Shown here in pieces: positions 26,067 to 35,100 of a DNA stretch of 35,621 nt. Location of the stretch: positions 1-35,621 of the forward strand of contig JASMDC010000036.1 in NCBI GenBank assembly GCA_030753015.1. Direction: 5' to 3'. The stretch's first letter is position 1. Each line of letters begins with the position of its first letter. A program made the translations under genes and the position numbers. Source of the DNA: Candidatus Undinarchaeales archaeon (GTDB lineage Archaea; SpSt-1190; JASMDC01). The notes under the pieces were generated by a model. That model made no database searches, was not told the DNA's origin, and saw only the letters and a program-made list of their open reading frames with translations.

Positions 26067-29000
26067 ACGGGTGATGCTAGTTCTAGTGCTAGTAATGGCC
26101 GTCGGAACAGCGATCTGTCCTATCGAGGGCGAACGCCGATGCTCGGGCAACTCCGTGGAGGAGTGCCAGTGCGGCATGGAGTGCGATTGGCAGGTCATCC
26201 AGACCTGTGCCTCGGGCCTCGTCTGCAGTTTCGATCGCACCGAGGTCTCCCACGAGGAGTGCGTGGACGCACCCGCACCTCATTGCGAGGAGGTGGTCGA
26301 CGCAGTCTGTACAGGCGAGCGCTGTGACGGCCTCGACCTGACGGTCAACGAGTGCCAGGGCGGCGCATGCGTCGACACCGTGCTCCAGACCTGCACTGCA
26401 GCGGGTGTGGAGAGATGCGTCGACTCAAACCGGCTGCGCACGTACGCGGGATGCGAGGACTCGGGCGACGGGACGTTGGGCTGCCTCTACTCCGGTGATG
26501 AGTTCTGCAACACCAACTCGGAGTGCTCGGGCGACCAGATCCTCATCGGGACGTGCAACGTCGACCGTTGCGAGAACACGGTGCCCGACGAGCTCTGCGA
26601 TGACCGGTGCACATCCCAACGGGACGGCGAGAGCCGGTCCTGCGACGACTCGAGCGGCGATGCCTTGTGCGTCGTGGACTCCACCGTCCGGTGCGGGGAC
26701 ACCTGCGCGGACCCGCGCAACCTCCAGCTCAAGAGCTGCGATGACACGTCGGGCGCGCCGGTGTGCGTTGTGGATACGACAGACCGCTGCGACGACCGGT
26801 GCGCCATCGATGGCGGTTACGACAAAGAGGTCCGGGAAGGATTCTGTGACGACTCGGGCCTGGACGCAGTGTGCAACGACCGGTTCCAGGAGCGGTGCGA
26901 CGACTCCTGTGACGATGACCGGCACTCCAGGTTCTGGATGTGCCAGGTTGACGGCGGCACGGGCCTCGCATCATGCATCCTCGATACATCCCGTGGCGAC
27001 GGATCGACCCCCGGAGTCGAGCATTGCGACGACCGGTGCGCCACCAGCAAGCGTATCCACGAAGGGTACTGCAGCCCCCAGACGCTCCCGTTCCAGCCCG
27101 ACGCCCAGTGCGACGACCGGTTCGATCCGGCATACAATCCGGACCCGGGCGGCCACTCGGACCTTGGTTACTGTATCGATGAGTGCTTCGATCCCCAGGC
27201 GGACGTCACCGGGTGGAGCCCTGCAGCTGATGGGCACCAGACTACTGAGAGTTTCGACCGCCAGATCCATAAGTACTACTGCCAGCTCGAGGCCGACGGC
27301 CTCGCGTCGTGCGCGGACGAGCGTGACACCGACTGCTTCGAGCAGAACTTTGCGGCACACTTCTACCACTCGCCGACCGGCTGGTCGTTCTCGTTCGCGG
27401 GCAACGACGGCCGTGTCATCCCCAGCGAAGGCATCTACTTCATGCGCTGCGAGACCGATCTGGAGGAACAACGTGACAAGCAGTGCACCTACGCCGACGT
27501 CATCCACAAGTGCGACGACTGGTGCTCCACGGACGGTACCGAGGACGGTCGGGTGCGCGACGGCGCCACCCATGAGAACTGGCTGCGTTACGCGTACAGT
27601 CCCGTGACCCCGCCGGTGCCCGCCGATCTGGACGACGTGAAGGAGGAGTTCTGCCAGCCCACGAACGTGGAATGCCAGCGGTTCGACTACTGCCTCTCGT
27701 CCGATGACCTCCAGGAGTACAGCTGCACCACCAGCGGCGGCGACCTTCCTGAAGAGTCCAAGTGTCGTCGGGATACGATCGACAGCCGGACCCCACTCGC
27801 GGATTGGGACCAGACGACCGAGGACGTGGTGACCGTTGATTACTGTCACGGGGGCGAGTGGCGCCAGTGCACGGGGCCCGGACGTCAGCGAGGTGCCGAC
27901 CCATGCTGCTCCGGTGAGATCGACGCGATCCTCAACATCACCGAGATGCGGGACGAGACTAACAGCATCGACAACTGCCGGTCGGACCCTGACGAGGTGG
28001 GGAGCAGGGCCTGTGACGACGTGCGCACCGACGTCGGTGTCACCGAGGAAAGGACGGTCACGACCAGGGACGGTCGGGATACGTTCGACGTGGACGTGGA
28101 TCCCGCCCTCGAGGTCGTGGCAACGCTCAGCGGCCACTCGGGCCGTGTGTGGGACATCCTGGCCGACGACGACCACATCCTTACCGCTTCGAACGACGAG
28201 AACGTCACGGTATGGGAGCGGGGCGGCACCTGGGCCAACCTCGCCAATCTAACGGGACACACCTCCCCGGTCATCAGACTTGCTAAGGACGCCACATCGA
28301 TTTACACGGCATCATCGGACAGCACAGTGCGTGTGTGGGAGAACGGAGGCAGCTTCACGCACAACACCACGCTCTCCCACTCGGGCGTGAACGACGTATC
28401 GGTCAACGGTGACCGCATCGCAGTGGCATGCGTCAACGGCACGGTCCAGATATGGGAGAACGGGGACGACTTCACTGCGCTCCAGACGCTCGGAGGGCAC
28501 GCGGGCGCGGTCACTGCTGTTCACATCGATCCTGACTACATCATCTCCGGTGGACAGGACTTCGCTGTTATCGTGCGGGACAGGGTCACAGGTGGTCCTT
28601 TGGCCACTCTGGTGGACCATCTCGGCATCGTGATGGAGGTATACTCCGATGGCGACTACCTCTACTCCGCCTCCCTGGACGGCACGGTCATAGTTCGTCA
28701 GCGCACACCCCCTTTCACAATCCTCACTATCCTCGAGGCCGCTACCGCGATAACCGACGTCGATGCTAGGGCGGACTACGTGTTCGCCGTCGTGGGCAAC
28801 GGTACGATCATGGTGTGGGACCGGGGCGGCACCTGGGACCCGGTCAACCTCGTGCGTAACTTGGCGAGCGGATGGGCCGTCTCATCGGATGTCGACTATA
28901 TCTACGCAACCCCGGGGAACACGGGCTCGGTCCGCATCCCCGATCTCGTCGTTGAGACCAACACGACCTTCGAGGTGAACCTCACCTCGGGCGGGAGCAT

Positions 29001-30426
29001 GCTCTCGGCCCGGTTCGAGCTGACGGGGAGCGGGGCACCGCTCCCAAGCGACATCACTCTGGACGTGGGGAGCGACGATACCGATGACTGGTCCAGAGCA
29101 GGTGTGCTATCAGGCCCGGTCACCACCGGCGACCTCTCCGCGGCATTCCAGGCCGAGCTGGACGCATGCGTCCTGCCAGAATACGAGAACTGCACGATCA
29201 ACGTTACGCTGTCGTTCCAGAACGGCGGGACCGTTGCCGTAACCGACATCGACCTGCGTGTGATGGTCTTCCGACAACCGCCCGGTGTGGAGATCCCGGG
29301 TTATGTGGCCGGACGGCTCGATAGCGATGTCACAGCGGGAGGCCGCACCCGAAATCAGGTGTGCGGGCCCTTCCCCGAGTACGACGACGCCACGGAATGC
29401 TGCATGACCTCCGCTCAGGTCCTCCAGTGCACGACGGCGATCAATACGTTCAACCTCAACGCCATCGAGGACGTTCGACCCGCTACTTGGTGCGACGATG
29501 CATGTGGGAACGTTGGCGACGTGTTCGAGCAGATGCATGACTCGTTCAAGGGCACTTTCGAATGCATGCTGAACGGCTACTGCGTCGACGTGCGTCGGGG
29601 GATGTGCTGCACCGATGCCAACTGCCACACATGTGGCCTGGACACCGACGACGCCTCCTGCGCCGACCTGTTCGATGACAAGACCTGTGGCCCGGGCGGC
29701 GACGAGTACTGCTCGCAGAAATGCTCGACCTGCTTCATCAACGCGACCGACCTTCTCATGGGGACGGTGCTCACCGAGCTGAACAACATCACCAGTCCCT
29801 TCGTGGTCGGCCACATGCGCAGGCTGGCGGACAACGCCATGTGCGACACAAACACCCGCTTCTGTCGAAGGAAGATTCTCGGTGAGCAACCCTGCACGCC
29901 GGACGGGGAGCAGCTGGACGCTATGGGCCGCAACTGGCGCAGCGACAACTGCATGTCCGGTGTGTGCGACGCTGGATGGGGGCGCTGCGACAACGAGTCC
30001 ATGCGCGGTGGCTGGTACCTTCGGGGATTGGATGCCGTACCCGCGGTCGAGCCGGAGCCAACGGACCTGTGCGATGACCTCCAGGGGAGCGGCATCATAG
30101 AAGCGATGCGCGACATGTGGTGCGGTGACCAGAACAGAGTAAACACGCTCCTCGATATCCATTTCGTGGCCAACTACACCAACGTCCCCTGCCTCCGGTG
30201 CCCCGATCTCGTGCCGCCACCCGGCGCCACCATGCCGCCCGACTACTACGGTGGAGGGGGCGATGTCGAAGAGACGGTCATCACCCAGGGTGAAACGCCC
30301 ATCCCTGAGCCAGCACCAGAAGGGCTCGGTAGCTTCAACCTCTCGCCCAACAATGCCGGGATCGATGCACTCTTCCCTGCCCTGGTGGCCGTGTTCCTCA
30401 TAGGCCTCCACCGTCTGCGCGTGTGA
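26059..30426 (+). CDS. Giant Cys-rich surface protein with an internal WD40 propeller and C-terminal anchor (about 1455 aa)
   Basis: A TTG start follows GGGGGTGG with an 8-nt overlap. It has a signal peptide, CDDRC-type repeats, WD repeats at about 28110-28930 (GHSGRVWDI...LTASNDENVTVWE) and a terminal hydrophobic helix plus HRLRV. Confidence 0.88.
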   Translation: MDRRVMLVLVLVMAVGTAICPIEGERRCSGNSVEECQCGMECDWQVIQTCASGLVCSFDRTEVSHEECVDAPAPHCEEVVDAVCTGERCDGLDLTVNECQGGACVDTVLQTCTAAGVERCVDSNRLRTYAGCEDSGDGTLGCLYSGDEFCNTNSECSGDQILIGTCNVDRCENTVPDELCDDRCTSQRDGESRSCDDSSGDALCVVDSTVRCGDTCADPRNLQLKSCDDTSGAPVCVVDTTDRCDDRCAIDGGYDKEVREGFCDDSGLDAVCNDRFQERCDDSCDDDRHSRFWMCQVDGGTGLASCILDTSRGDGSTPGVEHCDDRCATSKRIHEGYCSPQTLPFQPDAQCDDRFDPAYNPDPGGHSDLGYCIDECFDPQADVTGWSPAADGHQTTESFDRQIHKYYCQLEADGLASCADERDTDCFEQNFAAHFYHSPTGWSFSFAGNDGRVIPSEGIYFMRCETDLEEQRDKQCTYADVIHKCDDWCSTDGTEDGRVRDGATHENWLRYAYSPVTPPVPADLDDVKEEFCQPTNVECQRFDYCLSSDDLQEYSCTTSGGDLPEESKCRRDTIDSRTPLADWDQTTEDVVTVDYCHGGEWRQCTGPGRQRGADPCCSGEIDAILNITEMRDETNSIDNCRSDPDEVGSRACDDVRTDVGVTEERTVTTRDGRDTFDVDVDPALEVVATLSGHSGRVWDILADDDHILTASNDENVTVWERGGTWANLANLTGHTSPVIRLAKDATSIYTASSDSTVRVWENGGSFTHNTTLSHSGVNDVSVNGDRIAVACVNGTVQIWENGDDFTALQTLGGHAGAVTAVHIDPDYIISGGQDFAVIVRDRVTGGPLATLVDHLGIVMEVYSDGDYLYSASLDGTVIVRQRTPPFTILTILEAATAITDVDARADYVFAVVGNGTIMVWDRGGTWDPVNLVRNLASGWAVSSDVDYIYATPGNTGSVRIPDLVVETNTTFEVNLTSGGSMLSARFELTGSGAPLPSDITLDVGSDDTDDWSRAGVLSGPVTTGDLSAAFQAELDACVLPEYENCTINVTLSFQNGGTVAVTDIDLRVMVFRQPPGVEIPGYVAGRLDSDVTAGGRTRNQVCGPFPEYDDATECCMTSAQVLQCTTAINTFNLNAIEDVRPATWCDDACGNVGDVFEQMHDSFKGTFECMLNGYCVDVRRGMCCTDANCHTCGLDTDDASCADLFDDKTCGPGGDEYCSQKCSTCFINATDLLMGTVLTELNNITSPFVVGHMRRLADNAMCDTNTRFCRRKILGEQPCTPDGEQLDAMGRNWRSDNCMSGVCDAGWGRCDNESMRGGWYLRGLDAVPAVEPEPTDLCDDLQGSGIIEAMRDMWCGDQNRVNTLLDIHFVANYTNVPCLRCPDLVPPPGATMPPDYYGGGGDVEETVITQGETPIPEPAPEGLGSFNLSPNNAGIDALFPALVAVFLIGLHRLRV

Positions 30427-30576
30427 GCGGTCCGGGCCATATACCGCCCATTTTGATCCTCCAAGTGAGGCCGACGTTACCCGTTCCTCTATAGATAATA
30501 TGGACGCTAGTATTAAAACCGAAGACCGGCACATATTCTCTGTACGACGAGGTACGACTTTAGGAGGGCAATAATC

Positions 30577-32139
30577 ATGACAGGAAAGAACGTACTCCTG
30601 GCAGCTTTGATCATCATGCTGGTCATGGTCGCTGGTCTGGATGTAAACTTCTATGATAGAGGACGGGTGAAGCAGAAGACCACCCGTGAATACGTCAATA
30701 CGACGGTGAGGATCGAGATATGGGACCAGGCCACGGTGGGTACCAAGCTCTACACCAAGGACGGTACTGCCACCAACGGGAGGTGGAACATCGCCGTGGG
30801 GCCCGTCGAGCTCGAGTACGGTAAACAGTACTGGAAGGAGTACACCATCGGTGGCGAGGATGCAGACTTCAACGGAGCGGAGCGACAGCCCTTCTACGCT
30901 CTCCATGGCGGCATCAAGACCGGGTACCTCATCACGGACACCTCCGCCGACCTCGTCGTGGACACGACAAACAACCGCGTCGGAATCAACAAGGGAACCC
31001 CTGCAAAGACGCTCGACGTGGACGGTGATATGGGTGTGACGGGCGACGTCACCCTCACCAGCAGTACCGCCAGTACGAACAAGGACACGGGCGCGCTGGT
31101 GGTCGAGGGTGGTGTTGGCGTCGAGAAGAACCTCTATGTCGGCGGTTCATTGACAGTAACTGACGGGACGAACGATCTGGATGTCGCAAGTCATGACGGT
31201 TCCAATGGTCTCAAGCTGGCGGGCACACTAGTGACCGCCACCGCTGCGGAACTCAACTATGTGGATGTTACCCCTGGAACCGCTACGGCAAGTAAAGCGG
31301 TCGTACTGGACGGCTCGTCCAAGATTAACTCGATGGACATCACGACTCTAAAGATCGGTGGTACGACGGTCACATCCACTGCTGCAGAGCTCAACTATGT
31401 CGACGTCACCGCAGGTACCGCTGCCGCAAGCAAGGCGGTCGTTCTCGATGCCAACTCCAAGATAGATACGATCACGGTCGACACCCTCAAGGCTGTCGAC
31501 AACAGTGCGACTGGCCTCGTTATCAAGGATAATGCGGTTTCTGGCTCCAACACGTACATCACGTTCGATTCAACGAACGCTGCCGAGAAGCTGGTAATTG
31601 AACAGAACGCAGAGATCAAGACAGGAAAGACACTGAACGTCGTTGACAATAGCGGTCTGAAGATCGCTGGAACGGCTATCTCGGCCACGGCCGCCGAGCT
31701 CAACATCATAGACGGCGTGACCGCCTCCACTGAGGACATCAACGCCATCACCAACTTCGAGGAGACGGTATCGGCCACCGCATCGGAGGTCAGTATCAAG
31801 ACGGGCAAGACTATCAATATCGTCGATGTGAGTGGTCTGGAAATCGGGGGAACCGCCGTCTCTGCCACCGCCGCCGAGCTCAACTACGTCGATGTCACCG
31901 CTGGAACAGCTACTGCGAGCAAGGCGGTCGTGCTCGATGGCAGCAGCCAGATCGATACCATTTCGATTAGCGGTGCGCTCAAGCTGACACCATCACAGAA
32001 TCCGCCAGGAACGCCATCCGCAGGCTGGATATATGTAGACACCGCCGGTGGAAGTGCAGACGAACTGTGCTTCTACGACGGATCCGCATGGCAAGCACTG
32101 AGCGGGACCGACAGCAACTGTGCTGCTGGAGATCCATAG
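30577..32139 (+). CDS. Secreted phage tail-fibre-like / adhesin protein
   Basis: It has a GGAGG SD and a signal peptide. Motifs include VDTTNNRVGIN..TP..TLDVDG, STNKDTGALVVEGGVGVEKNLYVGG, four TAAELN repeats and a C-terminal P..PSAGWIYVD...LCFYDGSAW. Confidence 0.78.
   Translation: MTGKNVLLAALIIMLVMVAGLDVNFYDRGRVKQKTTREYVNTTVRIEIWDQATVGTKLYTKDGTATNGRWNIAVGPVELEYGKQYWKEYTIGGEDADFNGAERQPFYALHGGIKTGYLITDTSADLVVDTTNNRVGINKGTPAKTLDVDGDMGVTGDVTLTSSTASTNKDTGALVVEGGVGVEKNLYVGGSLTVTDGTNDLDVASHDGSNGLKLAGTLVTATAAELNYVDVTPGTATASKAVVLDGSSKINSMDITTLKIGGTTVTSTAAELNYVDVTAGTAAASKAVVLDANSKIDTITVDTLKAVDNSATGLVIKDNAVSGSNTYITFDSTNAAEKLVIEQNAEIKTGKTLNVVDNSGLKIAGTAISATAAELNIIDGVTASTEDINAITNFEETVSATASEVSIKTGKTINIVDVSGLEIGGTAVSATAAELNYVDVTAGTATASKAVVLDGSSQIDTISISGALKLTPSQNPPGTPSAGWIYVDTAGGSADELCFYDGSAWQALSGTDSNCAAGDP
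31243..31960 (+). repeat. Dispersed AAELNYVDVTxGTAxASKAVVLD coding repeats
   Basis: Copies begin at 31243, 31381 and 31870. A variant, AAELNIIDGVTA, begins at 31690. Confidence 0.85.
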
Positions 32140-32195
32140 GAAACGAGAGGCACCATGACGCACCAGGACGAGCTATCGGCAGTGGAGGTGACGTC

Positions 32196-35100
32196 GTGAG
32201 CCCGTCCTCTCGACACGTCCTCCCGGTCCTCTTCCTGGCCATCGCCATGTTCATGTCGCTTTCGGCCGCGGCGGTCGAGTCAACAACCTTCGTCCTGGAG
32301 GACGAGGAGATGGTGATGAACGTTGCCTCGGGAGAGACCACGTCCTACTACCTTGACCTCGGCGGTGATGCCCCGGTCTTCGCCACCGATAACTACGAGA
32401 GCTGGGACTGGGACCAGGACGTCTGGTACCGGGTCGACGTGTGGGACGAGATCAACAAGACGCTCAAGGGCGCCACGGTCACTACCGGCGACGGGTTCGG
32501 GACGACGTGTGCCGAGCCTTCCGTTCCCAACGGTACCTACTACTGTGCACTCCCGTTCAACCACGACCCGACTGACATCAAGGTGGAGCTCGAGGGATTC
32601 GTCACCAAGGTGTACGATGACGCACTCGTGCACAAGAACGTCCCCCCCCCCTACAACGCCACCCTTGTACGGTACACCATGACGGTCGTGGCCCACGACG
32701 AGCTCAATCTAACATTCCCACTGGACGGTACCCTGGCCAACGGCAAGGTGACGGCCTCCGGCAGCGCGACCATCAATTACGTGAACGACGTCGCGTACGT
32801 CGCGACCACGGTGGCCAATACGTTCACAGTGGAGCGGACGGGCTATCTCACGACCACATCGGCCAGCGCCTCCCCCCTCTCCAATACCGAGCAGGTCGTG
32901 GTCACCTTCGGTACGAACGGCACCTCCTGCACCACTAACGCGTCCCTCCGCTGCGACCAGTCCGTCAAGTACACGTTCAAGGTCTCGTTCTACGGGTGCG
33001 AGCGCCGCCCCCAGAACAATGCTAACGTCACCGTCGTCAACGGGACGACACTGTACGCCACGGCCGTGAACGAGGACGGGACCGCCCACTACTACCTCCC
33101 GGTCGATCCCACCCTTGACGACGATCACCCGCTCGATGTCAAGTTCGATGACTACCATTTCGAAAAGGAGCTCTACAAGGGCAGGGTGAACAATTCTGCC
33201 CAGTACACGATGGAGTACGACTTCGAGGAGATGTGGGGCGGGTGCGGCGGCTCGTCCAGCTCGAGCTCGTCATCATCGAGCAGCACTGGCGGGACGACCG
33301 GCGGCGGCGCCGCAGGCGGCGGGGGAGGAGGCGGAGGCGGTGGTGCTCTCACCGACACCTTCGAGGTCACGTGCCCTGCGGTCACCGTCACGGCCGGCGG
33401 GCGGGCCGGTGCAATCTGCATGTTCCGGCAGCTGGAGGGGTCCACCCCCTACCTCGAAGGCACCGCAGAGACCGCGGGCGATATCATCGTGGAGCCCACC
33501 TCATTCTCCGTGGACCGGCTCTACTACTATGACCCGGACCTTGGAGATTACTCGAACGTGCGCGAGGTGGCTCTCAACGTCTCGGCCGAGGGTCTGGACA
33601 TGTGCACCGACTCCGTCAGCTCCGTTATCGTAAACGCGTCCTTCGACACACGGTCGGGTCCGCTCTTCAACGGTACCGTCCTCCCGGTCACCGTTATGTC
33701 CCAAGACGAGTGCCATGTGTGCGGAGACGGAGCGTGCACAGGACGCGAGAGCGTGGACGCCTGCCCCGAGGACTGCGCGGTCTGTGGGGATGGCACCTGC
33801 TCGTCCAGTGAGGACCTGATCGCGTGCCCGGACGATTGCGCGATCTGCGGTGACGGCACATGTTCGGAGGGAGAGAACGTCACGGCCTGCCCCGGCGACT
33901 GCACGGTCTGCGGTGACGGACAGTGCTCATCGGGCGAGGACGCCGAGAAGTGTCCCGATGATTGCACGCAGTGCGGCGACGGACAGTGCACCGGGGACGA
34001 GACGCTGGGGACGTGTGCTGGCGACTGTGCAAGATGCGGCGACGGGACCTGTTCATCAGGTGAGGTATTGGCCACCTGTCCGGAGGATTGCTCGGCGTGC
34101 GGCGACGGGCAATGCACAGGAAGCGAGGATGCCGCGTCGTGCCCGAACGACTGCTCGGTGTGCGGCGACGGCCAGTGCACGGGGAAGGAGAGCATAACGA
34201 CGTGCTGCGTCGACTGCGGCTGCGATGAGAACATGACGTGCGATGTCGAGCTCTCCCTCTGCCGAGCTCTCTCCACCTGCGGTGACGGGACCTGCGACCT
34301 CGCCGAGACGGCCGCATCCTGCTCCGAGGACTGCGCGACATGTGGCGATGGTGTTTGCTCCGGTGACGAGGACACGGCCTCGTGCTGTGCTGACTGCTCG
34401 TGCGACGAGGGCACGTGCAATCCCGTGCTCAACACCTGCGTGACGACGACCTGCGGTGATGGCACCTGCGACGCGGGGGAAGGGATCACCTGCCCGGAGG
34501 ACTGTGTCAGATGCGGTGACGGTACGTGCGACGAGGGCGAGTCCTGCTGCACCGACTGCGGCTGCTTCGGGGACGAAGTGTGCGACCCGCTCACCGTCAG
34601 CTGCGTGATCGTTACGGACGAGAAGACCCTGACCTTCGACCACTCGTTGTCCGCAGGAGTGGACGGAACCCCCGCATCGGCCGAGGAACAGGAAACACAC
34701 GAGCGGGAGAAGACGCGCACGGTGGAGGAGGTCGCAGCGCTCGTAACGAGAGCCCGGGCCGGGAGCGGGACGGCCGCTGACACCAGTGAGCTCGCCAGCA
34801 AGGTCAGGTCCATGGTGGAGCGTTCCGTTGAGGCGAGCCGCGAGGTCGCATCGCACCGGACAGTAACGGTCAAGGATACATCTGCAGGGTACCGTTCCAC
34901 AGTAGGGCTCGAGGTGGAGAACACGGGAACGACCTTCCGCCGTGACGTCCGGATCGTCGAGACAATTCCCAAGGACGTGGCGGGCGATGTGTCCCAGCTC
35001 GTTTTCGAGCGCCAACCGGACATGATCATCAAAGCGGACCCTGTGGTCGCATGGACGGTGGACATCCCGCCAGGCGAGAAGGTTGCCCTCACCTATTCCG

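Noticed and set aside
32155-32199. Short ATG ORF (MTHQDELSAVEVTS) before the last gene
   Set aside because: It is only 14 codons with no supporting features. The GGAGGTGA inside it is better explained as the SD for GTG 32196.
33711-34214. Regular 63-bp periodicity, and the 33-bp repeat at 12085-12183, as possible CRISPR arrays
   Set aside because: The periods are multiples of three, the variation is codon-structured, there is no invariant repeat with unique spacers, and both lie inside CDSs.
29110-35092. Long minus-strand ORFs (29110-30906, 33548-35092, 34056-35015) and similar antisense ORFs elsewhere
   Set aside because: They are shadow frames of high-GC plus-strand genes with no motifs or translation signals.
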